The notes: a model not told the origin generated them from the letters alone. DNA of 64,000 nucleotides from Alphaproteobacteria bacterium MarineAlpha9_Bin6 (GCA_002937585.1 PTKE01000002.1:912-64911), one strand, 5' to 3'; counted from the first letter of the stretch, positions 39,873 through 51,481 are shown. Made by a program: numbers and translations.

Positions 39873-41537
39873 CTAAATTGGAACTTCAATTGCGCCTAAA
39901 CGAGCGGTGAGTTTCGTATTCTCCGAATAATCCACTGGAACAGCAATCAGGGCCGGACCCTCCTGCCGGAAAGCCTCTGTCAGTGCTGGAATAAGTTGAT
40001 CAGCGGCCGTAATGTCACGCCCCCACATGCCGTAGGCTTCAGCGAGCTTGGCGAAATCCGGATTCCCGAAAGCGAGATCCGAATGCTTGCCGTTAAAGCC
40101 GTCTTGTTGTTTCCATTTAATAAGACCGTATTCTCCGTCAACCCATACCATGGCGACGATGTTAAGCTTCCGCCGAACCGCAGTTTCCAATTCCTGCACG
40201 TTCATCAGAAATCCGGCATCGCCGCTAATTGATAGAATATTCTTCTCAGGTAAGGCCATCTTCGCGCCAAGTGAACCCGGCATTGCGAAGCCCATTGTGC
40301 AGAAACCATTAGAAATTAAGCATGTGTTGGGTTCCTGGCACTGATAATATCGGGAAATCCACATTTTGTGTGCACCGACATCCGATAACAGTACATCACT
40401 CGGTCCCATGAATTGGCGCACGTCCCACAGGATCTTCTGTGGCTTCATCGGGAATCCGGTGTCGTCTTTTTCGGCGGCAAAGTCCTCTGTAAGTGTTGCC
40501 CTGAGGTTGCCGCGTGTTTTGATGTCGAAGAGTGGCAGGCTTCCTTGGTGCCGGTCCTCGATCAATTCATTAAGCTGCCATAAGCCGTCGGCTAAATCTC
40601 CCACGATCTCGACAGTCGGTGTATAATCTCTGTCGACCTCCGCCGTCCAGAAATCCATGTGAATGATCGTTTTGCCTTCCTTGTTTGCACGGTTCCAGGC
40701 TTTGGGTGCGTATTCCACAAGATCGTAACCGCAGGAAATTATGAGATCAGCCGTGTCAAATGCCAGATTGTTGTAATCTCCCATTCCAAGGCCCATGGTG
40801 TAAAGGCAGTGTTCGTCGTCCTTCGAAATCGCTCCTTTCCCCATGAAGGTGTTCACAACCCCGACACCTAAATTGTGCGCAAGGCGGGTTAATTGCGTCG
40901 CGGCTCGTTTTCGAATTGCGCCATTTCCAGCTAGAATAATCGGATTTTTTGCATCGCCAATCAGGTCGGCGGCCATCGCGACGGCTTTGTGATCAGCACC
41001 GGGCCGGCGAGCCTTGGTTGGTGGGATAGGTGTATCGTCGATTTCCTCTCTCGCGACATCCTCGGGTAATTCGATCACGCACAGACCGGGTTTTTCGGTT
41101 TCAGCTACTTTAAAAGCCTTACGAACGATTTCGGTAATGTTCTCGGACGCTAGGACGGACTGAGCCCACTTGCTGATCGGCTTACACATTCCGATCGCAT
41201 CCATGATCTGATGGCTTTCCTTGTGTTGGCGCTTGGTCGAGCCCTGTCCGATGATCGCGACCACAGGGGCACGATCCATGTTTGCGTCTGCGATACCAGT
41301 AAGAAGGTTGGTCACTCCAGGGCCTAAGGTGGCAAGGCAAACACCTGCTTTTCCCGTTAATCTGCCATACGCGTCTGCGGCAAAGGCGGCGCCTTGCTCG
41401 TGTCGGCAAAGCACAAAGTCAATTTTGGAGTCTATCAGAGAAATCATAAAGTCAGCGTTTTCCTCCCCTGGGACGCCGAAGATGCGCTCAACGCCCTCGG
41501 CCTCGAGGCAACGGACAAAAAGGTCTGAAGCTTTCAT
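39873..41537 (-). CDS. thiamine pyrophosphate-dependent acetolactate synthase-like enzyme (AlsS-like, no small subunit)
   Basis: TPP enzyme N-terminal pyrimidine-binding domain (HEQGAAFAADAYGRLTGKAGVCLATLGPGVTNLLTG) and C-terminal TPP motif (GDAGFLMNVQE). There is a strong RBS (AGGAG) before the ATG at 41537, and the ORF track extends to 41561. Confidence 0.7.
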   Translation of the reverse strand: MKASDLFVRCLEAEGVERIFGVPGEENADFMISLIDSKIDFVLCRHEQGAAFAADAYGRLTGKAGVCLATLGPGVTNLLTGIADANMDRAPVVAIIGQGSTKRQHKESHQIMDAIGMCKPISKWAQSVLASENITEIVRKAFKVAETEKPGLCVIELPEDVAREEIDDTPIPPTKARRPGADHKAVAMAADLIGDAKNPIILAGNGAIRKRAATQLTRLAHNLGVGVVNTFMGKGAISKDDEHCLYTMGLGMGDYNNLAFDTADLIISCGYDLVEYAPKAWNRANKEGKTIIHMDFWTAEVDRDYTPTVEIVGDLADGLWQLNELIEDRHQGSLPLFDIKTRGNLRATLTEDFAAEKDDTGFPMKPQKILWDVRQFMGPSDVLLSDVGAHKMWISRYYQCQEPNTCLISNGFCTMGFAMPGSLGAKMALPEKNILSISGDAGFLMNVQELETAVRRKLNIVAMVWVDGEYGLIKWKQQDGFNGKHSDLAFGNPDFAKLAEAYGMWGRDITAADQLIPALTEAFRQEGPALIAVPVDYSENTKLTARLGAIEVPI

Positions 41538-41993
41538 ATAAAGATCTCCTGATAACTCCAATGTTAGATAGAAAATTAAGACCGTTTGCTTTCCATCTAC
41601 CGTGGAAAAATGCTTTAGTTTTCTGTCAGATTGGGAACCCGCGACGGAATGGTCTCAATGACATTAATAAAAAGCTGTATATTCCCTACCGTTCGATGTG
41701 AAAAAACTCGTCATTACCACCATGTATCCGTGGTTAAGTTGTGTTTCTGCAGAGTGGCGTTTCAAAGACTGGCTGCTGTGCTACTGTGGCTTTGTGATTT
41801 CCCCCGTAAGGTCGGCCTTTCTTTGTTGAAGCGGTATACAGGAAGCCCTTTTGCTGTGGCCCCTACTTATTTCCACATATGAGGTCAAAGTTTTGCCCCA
41901 AAGCTGGCTCATGTTTACACTATCTGAACTTTGACTGAGTGCAAGGTCCAGAACGCGCCACGGTGGGTTAACCTGATCGTGTAGGATACGGGT

Positions 41994-44900
41994 TTGAAAA
42001 AAGTTTTATACGGTATTTCTGCCCTTTTGGGTCTTATGATTGTTGCGGCCTTAATTGTTCCTGGCCTAATTGATTGGGACCGATATAGGGATCAAATAAT
42101 TGCTCGCGCGAGCCAGGAACTGGGCCGAGACCTCTCAATCGACGGCAATATTTCGCTGTCGATTCTTCCAATTCCAACCTTTTCTGTTACGGGGATTCGG
42201 GTAGCGAACCTTGAGGGCGCAGGCACGCGTGAGATGGTTCAGCTAAAATCATTGAATGTCCAAGTCGCGCTCTTGCCCCTTTTTGCCGGATCAATCGAGG
42301 TTGCGCGGATTGTTTTAATAGAACCAGATATTATCCTTGAACGTTTGCCCGATGGCCGCACGAACTGGTCTTTAGCCGATCCAAAAGTCGTCATGCGCAG
42401 CCCTGAGGGTGTTAAGACTTTTCCTCAAGTTTCTCTCGACGAAATCAGCATCCAAAATGGTGCTTTGACCTACACTGACTCGGCCAAAGGTCTGACGGAA
42501 CGCTTTGAAAAAATCAATCTGACTGTTTCGGCACCAAGTTTAAGCGGGCCATTTGACGTATTTGGTTCAATCAATTTCCGTGACGTTAGGGTGGAGATTG
42601 GCGCCGGACTCGTCGAATTCATGAGCGACAAACGAATCGCGGTAAAGGGCACGCTATTAACCGAAGGCCTGTCTTTGAACTTTGCAGCAACATCTGATTT
42701 GGACCGCGTGCCCTTTATAGAAGGGCGCGTGAGTCTCAATGAGGACGGGGTGGGGAGTGCTCTCGCATTCATGAAACAGTTTGTCGAAGGTGATTTCTCC
42801 GTAGCTGCGCTATCCGCTCAGCCAACCTCGTTGGACGGCAAATTTTCCTATCACAGTGAGACTTTGAAAATAGATTCTGCGTCGCTAAGACTTGGTTATG
42901 TCTCTGGAAATATTTCTGGTGAAGTGTCGTTGTCGGCGCCTATAAATTTTGACATGACTCTTGCTTTAGGGCGACTTGACTTGGACGAATTGTCTGAGCT
43001 TTGGCCGGGCCCCAAGCGCGGTTCGTTGCAGTCGAATGAGGTTCTCGAGAGCGCTTCTCGGCGCCAGTCCGATGCGAATAGTTTCAATCTTCCCGGGAGC
43101 CTGAAGGGTAATCTAGACGTAACTGTGGATGCTGTTTTGTATCGCTCGCAGGCAATTCGTGACTTGACGATCCGTATTGGTCTGGCTGGTAGCACGATTG
43201 ATGTAAAGGAAGTCTCTGCGCTTTTGCCTGGTGGATCCGACGTGACTTTCTTTGGGTCTCTCGGATCCGAGAACGGTGTGCCCCATTTTGTTGGCCAAAT
43301 TAACGGCGGATCCGACAATTTTAGAGCTTTGCTCGAATGGATGGCGTTTGATGTTGGTGAGGTTCCAGCTGATCGATTGCGTCGCATAAACTTGTCGGCT
43401 GCAATCGACGGGACACTGAGTTCCGGAAAAGTGAAAGACATCGATTTGTATTTTGACGCTACCCAGCTTAGGGGCGGTGTTGATTATGCGATACATGGTT
43501 CTCGGCCGGGTTTCGGCATTAGACTCGACCTAGATCAATTAAATTTAGATGCCTATTTGCCGCAAACAACCACGGACTCCAGCCTATCGTCCGACAAGGC
43601 GTTAATTCCAAATGATTCCAACGATCATGTGGTGGCAATGGATCCACTGATCCCTCCCGCCGTACTCCAAGCTCTGTTGGCCTTCGATGCTGATTTCAAT
43701 ATTCGACTTAATAATTTGACTCTACACGGAACGCCAATGAGTGGCTTGGTGCTCGATGGGCTCTTGCATCAAAACTCACTCCGTCTACGTCAGGTCAGCA
43801 TTGGTGATCTCACCGGGTCTACTATAAATCTTTCCGGATTGATATCAGGGTTAGACGGCGTGCCATCCGTGGATGGGAAGATAAGTTTTAGCACTGAAAA
43901 GCTCGCCACACTAGTTCGCGTCGTACCATTGCTGCAGGGCTTACCACCAGTGTTGTTAGGGCCGCTAGGCGTTGATGCAAAATTCAACGGATCGATGGAG
44001 ATGCTGGAGTTAGAGGGAACAATTGCGGCGCTTGACAGTCAACTAAAGGTTAAGGGGACGTTCACGGACCCATTAGAATTCCTGCGGTACGACGTTGTTA
44101 CACAATTCGAAAGCCCGAATCTGGGAGCTTTGGTACAATCTGTCGCCAACAGTGACGTAATGGGCGCGGCTAATGGCTTTGAACTCGATGGTCCTATCTC
44201 CGTCGCTCTCGATGCTGATGGCGATATTTCTGGATTGCATTTTGAGAGTATCGTGAAGTTTGCTGGCGGAGAGATCGAGGTGGCTGGATCTGTCTTACAT
44301 CTTTTGGATGAGCCAGAAATTCAGCTTAGAGGCGTACTAAAACATCCGAAGCTGTATTCTTTGGTAGAAATTTTGGGTCGTGAATTAGATGAATCGATAC
44401 CTTTATTTGAAAGCCCGATTGCGCTCGAACTGTCCGCTGACGGGCCGCTTGAGGAACTCGATCTGGAAGGCCAGTTGACCTTAGCGGAATTAGCATTGGA
44501 CTTTGAGGGGAGAGTCCAGGGTTTACCAACACCACTATTTTATGAGTCAAAAATTTATATGACTCACCCGGATTTAACCACACTGCTTGTAAGTTTAGGT
44601 TTGTCTGGGCCCGCTACGGCCATGAAAAGTCCTCTAACATTGGTGGCTGAGGTCAACGGCACTCCCGAACTACTATCGGTTCCGAAAATAGATTTGACCG
44701 TGGCCGAGGCAAACATCATTGGAAGCATAGAAATTGAATTTGGTGGTGAGAGGCCCAGGCTTACGGCTGATTTGAGGGCCGGTGACGTTGCTGTTGCGCA
44801 TTTCTTGGCGCCAGCGGTTGTATATGGCTCGGATAAAAACGCGATCCGGGCCGAGTCCAATCCTTCAGCACCCACTGTGGGGTCTGCGGATACGGGTAAG

Positions 44901-45956
44901 CGCTGGTCGGGCAGGCCGATTGATTTAACCGGGTTGGGTGCGCTTGATGCGAACATCAAACTACAGGCTGATTCAATAACGTTTTTTAACCAAAAGTTGG
45001 GCAACGCGCGCCTCGTATTACATTTAGATGATGGTTATTTGACTATTGAGCAACTTTCGGGTCGTATCTTTGACGGCGAGATTGAACTCTCTGCGAAGAT
45101 CGATGGTCGTGCAGCACCAATTGTGGAGGTATCCGTCAAACTCGGAGATGGCGATATACAGCAGCTTTTTTCAGCAATCGCTCAAATCGACGGGGTTACC
45201 GGGAAAATAGATGCCGAGTTTGAAATTAGTGGGCAAGGCCGAAGTCAGCAGGAATTAGTGGCCTCACTGAATGGCGGAGGCCGAATTAAAAATACGAGTG
45301 AAGGAACTATCGACGGGATCAATTTGCGATCTTTGTCCGACCAAATTAATGAATTGGACGACGTTGGTGACTTTATTAACTTAGCAAGAACTAGCTTTGA
45401 GGGGGGTTCCTCCCTTTATACAGAGCTTAGCGGTCATTTCAGTGTGGTGAATGGGGAACTGCAAACGGATGATTTGCGTGTGGTAGCAGACGGCGGCGTC
45501 GGTGACATAGTTGGTGTGATTGATTTGGCTAGCTGGACGCAGGATCTCTCTGTAACGTTTACGTTGACAGACCATCCTGAAATCCCACCGATTAAGCTAA
45601 ATTTGAGCGGTTCACTCGACAAACCAAGCCAGAGTATCCAAACAGGCGAGATTGAGAAATTTCTGTTGGAGCGTGGTCTCCGAGCGGCACTTCGGGAAAC
45701 TGCGGCAGGTGGAGAGTTGGGCGTTGCGACTAAGGTTATCGAGGGCTTGATCAGTAAAGGTGATCCACAAAATTTATCGGATGACATTCGAGGAGTTGCC
45801 GAAGCCCTGATTGATCAGCTGATTGGCGTTGACGGTTCGGATGATAGAGAGGTGGGGTCTGTACCGGGCGGTTCCCCTGTTCCGTTGCCGATTCCAGTGG
45901 ACAAAGATCCCGAGGATCCGTTTAAAAACCTCATTCAGGAACTGCTGCGTGAATGA
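41994..45956 (+). CDS. AsmA family protein, very large (1320 aa)
   Basis: N-terminal signal-anchor (MKKVLYGISALLGLMIVAALIV) and an AsmA-type N-terminal block (PGLIDWDRYRDQIIARASQELGRDLSIDG). The long beta-rich body is typical of AsmA/TamB-like envelope proteins. Confidence 0.7.
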   Translation: MKKVLYGISALLGLMIVAALIVPGLIDWDRYRDQIIARASQELGRDLSIDGNISLSILPIPTFSVTGIRVANLEGAGTREMVQLKSLNVQVALLPLFAGSIEVARIVLIEPDIILERLPDGRTNWSLADPKVVMRSPEGVKTFPQVSLDEISIQNGALTYTDSAKGLTERFEKINLTVSAPSLSGPFDVFGSINFRDVRVEIGAGLVEFMSDKRIAVKGTLLTEGLSLNFAATSDLDRVPFIEGRVSLNEDGVGSALAFMKQFVEGDFSVAALSAQPTSLDGKFSYHSETLKIDSASLRLGYVSGNISGEVSLSAPINFDMTLALGRLDLDELSELWPGPKRGSLQSNEVLESASRRQSDANSFNLPGSLKGNLDVTVDAVLYRSQAIRDLTIRIGLAGSTIDVKEVSALLPGGSDVTFFGSLGSENGVPHFVGQINGGSDNFRALLEWMAFDVGEVPADRLRRINLSAAIDGTLSSGKVKDIDLYFDATQLRGGVDYAIHGSRPGFGIRLDLDQLNLDAYLPQTTTDSSLSSDKALIPNDSNDHVVAMDPLIPPAVLQALLAFDADFNIRLNNLTLHGTPMSGLVLDGLLHQNSLRLRQVSIGDLTGSTINLSGLISGLDGVPSVDGKISFSTEKLATLVRVVPLLQGLPPVLLGPLGVDAKFNGSMEMLELEGTIAALDSQLKVKGTFTDPLEFLRYDVVTQFESPNLGALVQSVANSDVMGAANGFELDGPISVALDADGDISGLHFESIVKFAGGEIEVAGSVLHLLDEPEIQLRGVLKHPKLYSLVEILGRELDESIPLFESPIALELSADGPLEELDLEGQLTLAELALDFEGRVQGLPTPLFYESKIYMTHPDLTTLLVSLGLSGPATAMKSPLTLVAEVNGTPELLSVPKIDLTVAEANIIGSIEIEFGGERPRLTADLRAGDVAVAHFLAPAVVYGSDKNAIRAESNPSAPTVGSADTGKRWSGRPIDLTGLGALDANIKLQADSITFFNQKLGNARLVLHLDDGYLTIEQLSGRIFDGEIELSAKIDGRAAPIVEVSVKLGDGDIQQLFSAIAQIDGVTGKIDAEFEISGQGRSQQELVASLNGGGRIKNTSEGTIDGINLRSLSDQINELDDVGDFINLARTSFEGGSSLYTELSGHFSVVNGELQTDDLRVVADGGVGDIVGVIDLASWTQDLSVTFTLTDHPEIPPIKLNLSGSLDKPSQSIQTGEIEKFLLERGLRAALRETAAGGELGVATKVIEGLISKGDPQNLSDDIRGVAEALIDQLIGVDGSDDREVGSVPGGSPVPLPIPVDKDPEDPFKNLIQELLRE

Positions 45957-46181
45957 TCTCCGAGGGTTTACTCACCTGGAAATCTAATCAGTTTAGGATA
46001 GCATAAGTGCGTCAAACGCTTTTGTGTGGATGTTCGAGTTTTTTTATCTGATCTCCGTATTGCTTTGGCACACTACGTGACATGATTTTTGCTTGTCAGC
46101 GTGGCAAGCAGATGTCGTGTTTTACGCTTGTGCGCACCGGAGGAAGCTATGCTAATCTGTACGTCCGATTTTGGAGGGGTC

Positions 46182-46547
46182 ATGAAATACATACGCTGTC
46201 TGGTTATAATCTGCGCAATTGCGCTGACTGGCACAACCTCAACGTTGGCAAACTGTGGTGCCGGGCCAAAGCAACCGGAACTGCCAAACGGTGCAACTGC
46301 AGGGCCTGAGGAAATGAAAACAGCATTAGATGCCACTGCGACTTTCGATGTGGCGGTTAAAAATTATGCCGATTGTCTTATCGCTGCTGCGCAGGAAGAC
46401 GCAGACCTTGTCGCTGCCGCGCAGGAAGCTATAGAAGAGTACAACAGACTAATTGCTGCTGCGCAGACGGCGATGGATGAGCGAAATGCTTTGGTGGAAC
46501 GGTGGAATGCGGAGGCTGGAATCTTCAGGGCTCGTCTGGCTGATTAA
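46182..46547 (+). CDS. small secreted/lipoprotein-like protein with AAAQ-repeat helical region
   Basis: RBS GGAGGGG before the ATG at 46182, then a signal peptide MKYIRCLVIICAIALTGTTSTLANCG and a helical region with three xxAAAQ repeats. The ORF track begins upstream at 46089. Confidence 0.45.
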   Translation: MKYIRCLVIICAIALTGTTSTLANCGAGPKQPELPNGATAGPEEMKTALDATATFDVAVKNYADCLIAAAQEDADLVAAAQEAIEEYNRLIAAAQTAMDERNALVERWNAEAGIFRARLAD

Positions 46548-46627
46548 ACGGCAAACTTCCTTTTCGTCGGTAGAGTTCTGCGGCGATGGTTGAAATTCGG
46601 GTTGTTTCTGTCGAGTAGGAGTATGCA

Positions 46628-48238
46628 TCAGAAGCTGTCAAAAAAATCATTCCCTTTGTCGTCTACCACGATGAAAGCCGGGAAGTCCTCTACCTCTATT
46701 TTCCATATTGCTTCCATTCCCAGATCTTCGAACGCGATGCACTCGACCTTTTTAATGCAGTCCCGGGCGAGCCGAGCCCCGGGGCCGCCGACTGAACCTA
46801 AATAGAAGCCACCGTGTTTTTTGCATGCTTCAGTCACAGCTTTTGAGCGATTGCCCTTAGCGAGCATCACCATCGATCCCCCTGATGCCTGAAACTGGTC
46901 GACGAAAGGATCCATTCGTGCTGCTGTAGTAGGGCCAAAAGATCCAGTCACGTAACCTTTTGGGGTTTTGGCGGGGCCGGCGTAGTAGATGCAGTACTGC
47001 TTGAAGTAGTCGGGCAAATCTTTGCCGGCTTCGAGCTGGTCTCGTAGTCTTGCGTGAGCTGCGTCACGAGCAACAATCATAGGCCCTGACACGGATAACC
47101 GTGTCTTGACTGGGTGTTTGGTCAACGTGTGTCGCAACTCATCCATTGGATGATTTAAGTCGACTCGGATGACATCCCCGCCAAGTTCTCCGCTGGTAAT
47201 ATCGGGCAGATACTTAGCAGGATTGGTCTCCAGTTGTTCAAGGTATACGCCGTCGCTGGTAATCTTGCCTAGTGCTTGCCGGTCGGCTGAGCATGAAACT
47301 CCAATACCGATCGGCAAACTGGCGCCATGTCTAGGTAGCCGGATCACACGAACATCATGGCAAAAATACTTGCCACCGAATTGAGCTCCGATTCCGAATT
47401 TTTGTGTAAGTTGATGCAGTTCTTGCTCAAGCGAAATATCGCGATAAGCGGTGCCGTGATGGCTTCCTTTGGTAGGCAGGCTATCCAAGTATCGGCAACT
47501 GGCTAACTTAACTGTCTTAAGAGTCATTTCCGCGGACGTTCCGCCAATTACAACTGCCAAGTGGTATGGGGGGCACGCTGCGGTACCAAGAGCACGTAAT
47601 TTGTCGTCAAAGAATTCTAATAGACGTTTCGGATGCAAGCGGGCGGGACTTTCCTGATAAAGAAAAGTTTTATTGGCGGAGCCCCCACCCTTCGCAATAA
47701 ATAAAAATTTGTATGCATCTCCAGGTGTTTCATAAATTTCAATCTGCGCGGGCAAGTTAGTCTGGGTGTTTGCTTCTTTGTACATTTCTAACGGGGAGGT
47801 CTGACTGTAGCGAAGGTTAAGTTCCTGGAAAACTTGATGGATGCCACGGGCTATCGCTTCTTCGTCGTTATATCCGGTCCAAATGTTTTGGCCCTTCTTC
47901 CCCATGATAATGGCAGTACCAGTATCTTGGCACATAGGAAGAATTCCAGCCGCGGATATGTTCGCGTTCTTTAATAGATCAAGTGCAACGAAGCGGTCGT
48001 TGTCTGAAGCCTCTGGGTCGACGAATATTTTGGAGAGCTGCGCAAGATGTCCTGGCCGCAGCAAATGCGAAATATCCTTGAATGCTTCAAAGGTGAGTTG
48101 AGTCAGAGCCTCGGAATCTACCTTTAGTAAAGTTGTTCCTTCGAAAGGTACCCTGCTGACGAAATCAACAGACAATTTCCGGTATGGCGTTTCGTCTGGC
48201 CCCAACGGGAACATTTCCTGAAAGCTGAAATTGGTCAT
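46628..48238 (-). CDS. fumA: class I fumarate hydratase (Fe-S hydro-lyase, single-chain FumA/FumB type)
   Basis: 536-aa ORF with N-terminal (catalytic alpha) and C-terminal (beta) Fe-S hydro-lyase tartrate/fumarate domains and Cys ligands ([15 protein letters not shown]). Confidence 0.85.
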   Translation of the reverse strand: MTNFSFQEMFPLGPDETPYRKLSVDFVSRVPFEGTTLLKVDSEALTQLTFEAFKDISHLLRPGHLAQLSKIFVDPEASDNDRFVALDLLKNANISAAGILPMCQDTGTAIIMGKKGQNIWTGYNDEEAIARGIHQVFQELNLRYSQTSPLEMYKEANTQTNLPAQIEIYETPGDAYKFLFIAKGGGSANKTFLYQESPARLHPKRLLEFFDDKLRALGTAACPPYHLAVVIGGTSAEMTLKTVKLASCRYLDSLPTKGSHHGTAYRDISLEQELHQLTQKFGIGAQFGGKYFCHDVRVIRLPRHGASLPIGIGVSCSADRQALGKITSDGVYLEQLETNPAKYLPDITSGELGGDVIRVDLNHPMDELRHTLTKHPVKTRLSVSGPMIVARDAAHARLRDQLEAGKDLPDYFKQYCIYYAGPAKTPKGYVTGSFGPTTAARMDPFVDQFQASGGSMVMLAKGNRSKAVTEACKKHGGFYLGSVGGPGARLARDCIKKVECIAFEDLGMEAIWKIEVEDFPAFIVVDDKGNDFFDSF

Positions 48239-48402
48239 TATACACGATCCTTCGCCTGCGCTTTGATGGTTCCCAGGCCGCAGCCGTAGAGAGGCTCTAC
48301 TTTGGCTGTATCTGCCCTTTTTCGGTGGAGGATATGACCCTAAATGACCAGCTACCTACTATGGGTGGTGTTTATACAAGTAGGTCGCAAGCCACGGTTG
48401 GG

Positions 48403-48894
48403 TTAATTCTTCCGGAAGGCATCAAGGGCTACAATCTTAGGGCCAGGCATGTCGTCGTCTTGTTCAGTCGTCGGAGGATCCTTTTTAGTTTTGTCGCCGG
48501 TTACAATACTGGTCGATGCTTTGGTTTTGTTGATGATCGGGTCTTTTCCGAACTGAAGTCCAAAGTTTGCACGCTGATCTGCAAACCCTGACATGGCGGC
48601 AAGTGGTATCACTAGCTGGTGCGGGACGTTATCGAAGTTTAAGGTGACGCGGAACTGTGCATCGTCAACTTTAAGGTCCCAATACTGGTTTTGCAGGATG
48701 ATAGTCATCTCATCCGGAAATTGGTCACGTAGATTATCAGCGATTTGCACGCCCTTGGCTCGAGTCTTGAACGAAATGTACAAATGGTGGCCCGTGGGTA
48801 ACCCGTCGGACGCAACCTTTCGGAGGGCTTCACGTACTACCGTGCGCAATGCGTCTTCAACAAGTTTTTCGTAATTTAGACAATTATCGTTCAT
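48403..48894 (-). CDS. sspB: ClpXP adaptor SspB (stringent starvation protein B family)
   Basis: 163-aa ORF with the N-terminal SspB domain pattern (YEKLVEDALRTVVREALRKV, GLPTGHHLYISF) and a charged C-terminal tail suited to docking on ClpX. Confidence 0.7.
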   Translation of the reverse strand: MNDNCLNYEKLVEDALRTVVREALRKVASDGLPTGHHLYISFKTRAKGVQIADNLRDQFPDEMTIILQNQYWDLKVDDAQFRVTLNFDNVPHQLVIPLAAMSGFADQRANFGLQFGKDPIINKTKASTSIVTGDKTKKDPPTTEQDDDMPGPKIVALDAFRKN

Positions 48895-49313
48895 ATTACG
48901 GCCGAATAAAGTGTAATCAGTGAGGGGCTTCTGTTGCCCGGCGCCCCCCGGACCGCGCTTACCTAGAAATTCTAAGCAGCGAGTGCCAATTGATTATCGT
49001 TGGCAGTTGTGTTTTTGACCCGATAACGGTGGTATCATGCCGAGCAAAAACCGCACCTTTACCACGCATGTCGAACCTAGTTCGCCCCCATAGAGATCCG
49101 CGTTGCTGTGCGGAAAAATTTACTAAGTGGTGGAGGCGCCGGGTACTGCCCCCGGGTCCATGACGCTTATTACATACGCCGTTTATTGCCATAGTCGGAT
49201 AACCGACGCTTTATATATACGCTCGGTTGATTAATATTGAAAGGCCGGCAACGCTAGTCGAGGGCGTGTTTGCTGATTGGCCTAGACACTGCGGGAAGGC
49301 TAATCTAGTGACT

Positions 49314-50276
49314 ATGAACGAGCCGCCGTTGCCTAAAATTTCTTTAACCCCTGAGCAGGAGAGTGAACTTTCGATGCAGCGTTCGCTGCACTTCGAAACG
49401 CATCGGGCTACAGTGCTCGCGCTAGAGGAGTTGCTCTATAAACCATTTTCGGTCCTCGATCACGGATTCATCAGGGTCGTAGATTATATGGGAGACGATA
49501 GTGCGGTGGTTCAAGCAGCACGAGTTTCTTATGGCACCGGTACAAAAAAGGTTAGAGAGGATCGAGGTTTGATTCGTTATCTCATTCGGCATCGACACAC
49601 GACACCTTTTGAGATGTGTGAAATAAAGTTCCACGTCAAATTGCCAATTTTTGTGGCCCGTCAGTGGGTCCGTCACCGAACCGCCAATATCAATGAATAT
49701 TCGGCAAGGTATTCGTTTCTTGACAACGAGTTTTACGTACCGGCGCCGGAAAATCTGGCAACCCAATCAAGTGCTAACCGACAAGGAAGGGGTCCCGTTT
49801 TAGAGGGTGAAGAGGCGGCAAATGTAATGCGTGTGTTGCGTGAAGATGCTAGCCGTGCACATGCACATTACGTTGAAATGATGAACGAGGACGATGGTAG
49901 GACAGTCCAGGAGGATGACCGGCAAGGATTAGCACGAGAACTTGCGCGCATGAACCTGACTCTCAATTTTTACACCCAGTGGTATTGGAAGGTAAATCTG
50001 CACAATCTAATGCATTTTCTTTCCTTACGGGCTGACAAGCATGCGCAGTATGAGATTCGTGCCTATGCTGATGTGATGCTGGGCATTTTCAAGCAATGGG
50101 TTCCGCTTACATATGAAGCATTTTGCGACTATCGACTACGTGCAACGGAAATGTCGGCGCAAGCTCTCGCTGTAGTGCGGCGCTTACTCGCTGGCGAGCC
50201 AGTAGAGCAGCTGGACAGTGGTTTATCAAAACGCGAATGGCGTGAATTGATGGCGGTTATGGCTCGCGACATATAA
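49314..50276 (+). CDS. thyX: FAD-dependent thymidylate synthase
   Basis: ThyX signature [14 protein letters not shown] (RHRxxxxxS-like) and the QWVRHRT motif. The ORF-track start at 49227 is likely too far upstream, and the Met at 49314 precedes the conserved domain. Confidence 0.85.
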   Translation: MNEPPLPKISLTPEQESELSMQRSLHFETHRATVLALEELLYKPFSVLDHGFIRVVDYMGDDSAVVQAARVSYGTGTKKVREDRGLIRYLIRHRHTTPFEMCEIKFHVKLPIFVARQWVRHRTANINEYSARYSFLDNEFYVPAPENLATQSSANRQGRGPVLEGEEAANVMRVLREDASRAHAHYVEMMNEDDGRTVQEDDRQGLARELARMNLTLNFYTQWYWKVNLHNLMHFLSLRADKHAQYEIRAYADVMLGIFKQWVPLTYEAFCDYRLRATEMSAQALAVVRRLLAGEPVEQLDSGLSKREWRELMAVMARDI

Positions 50277-50353
50277 CCGACGGAACTTGTCTTTTCACGG
50301 CTATTGGTTTTACTCGATGTCGGTTTCAAACAAACTCCGTTCCCAGTGAAACA

Positions 50354-51469
50354 TTAAAGCGTTACGATTTTAGGCGGTAGTCGCGTTTTGTTTTCCTTTA
50401 AGACCTTATCGGCGAGCCTTGCCGCGATATCGCTAAATGTTTTGGCATGTGCGCTATCCGGATTGGACATCACGATTGGTTTTCCTTGGTCCGAAGTCTC
50501 GCGGATTTCTATATCCAGCGGCACTTCGCCGAGGAATTCAACGTTAAGCTTCGCAGCCCATTTTCTTGCGCCACCGTGGCTAAAAATCTCGCTACGCTCT
50601 TCGCAGTGCGGGCAAACGAAGTAACTCATATTCTCGATGAACCCCAGGACAGGAACGTCTACTCGTTGGAACATGGCCAGTCCTTTTCGAGCGTCTAGCA
50701 AGGCGATGTCCTGGGGTGTTGATACGATCACTGCTCCGGCCAGCGGGACTCGTTGGGCCATCGTTAATTGCGCATCACCCGTACCGGGAGGCATGTCGAC
50801 TACTAAAATGTCAAGTTGGCCCCATTGCACGTCACGTAACATCTGTTCGAGTGCGCCTTGAACCATCGGACCGCGCCAAATCATCGGTGAATCTTCCTCG
50901 ACTAAGAAGCCCATCGACATGCATTTGACGCCATAGTTTTCAAGAGGAAGCAATTTCTTATTCTCGCCCGTTCGCGGCTTACCAGATATGCCGAGCATCC
51001 GGGGCATCGATGGTCCGTAAATATCCGCGTCCATTACGCCTATCCGATGACCATTTATCGCAAATGCAAGCGCAAGATTTGCGGCGATAGTCGATTTTCC
51101 GACTCCTCCCTTCCCGCTCGCTATCGCCACTATAGCGCCCACATCTGGAACGTCCGGTGCGGCCGGCGCAGTACTTTGCTCACGAGATACAGGGCGACTC
51201 GATTTTGACGCGGGTGCTTCGTGTTCGGCGGTCAGTACTGCTGTGGCTGACAGCACACCGGGCAGGGCACGCACCACTTTCTCACACGTGCGCCGTACGG
51301 ATTCCATTTGTTCAGCCCTGGATGGTTCGACCTCGAGGCTGAATCCGACGTTTCCGTCTTTTATGACAATGCCCGAAACCATTCCGAGCTCGATCACACT
51401 TTTGCCACCTGTGGGTTCATTGACCTCACCAAGGGCTTTCATAATTTGTTCTTCGTTGATAGGTGGCAT
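50354..51469 (-). CDS. apbC: Mrp/NBP35 family Fe-S cluster carrier ATPase (ApbC)
   Basis: 371-aa ORF with an N-terminal DUF59-like domain, a deviant Walker A GKGGVGKST and the CPHC cluster-binding motif. Confidence 0.85.
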   Translation of the reverse strand: MPPINEEQIMKALGEVNEPTGGKSVIELGMVSGIVIKDGNVGFSLEVEPSRAEQMESVRRTCEKVVRALPGVLSATAVLTAEHEAPASKSSRPVSREQSTAPAAPDVPDVGAIVAIASGKGGVGKSTIAANLALAFAINGHRIGVMDADIYGPSMPRMLGISGKPRTGENKKLLPLENYGVKCMSMGFLVEEDSPMIWRGPMVQGALEQMLRDVQWGQLDILVVDMPPGTGDAQLTMAQRVPLAGAVIVSTPQDIALLDARKGLAMFQRVDVPVLGFIENMSYFVCPHCEERSEIFSHGGARKWAAKLNVEFLGEVPLDIEIRETSDQGKPIVMSNPDSAHAKTFSDIAARLADKVLKENKTRLPPKIVTL

Positions 51470-51481
51470 TCTTGAAATCTA

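Noticed and set aside
50277-50353. Short inverted repeat (CCGAC...GTCGG) between convergent thyX and mrp as a bidirectional terminator
   Set aside because: The stem is only 5 bp and has no flanking U/A tracts. This is too weak to call a terminator from sequence alone.
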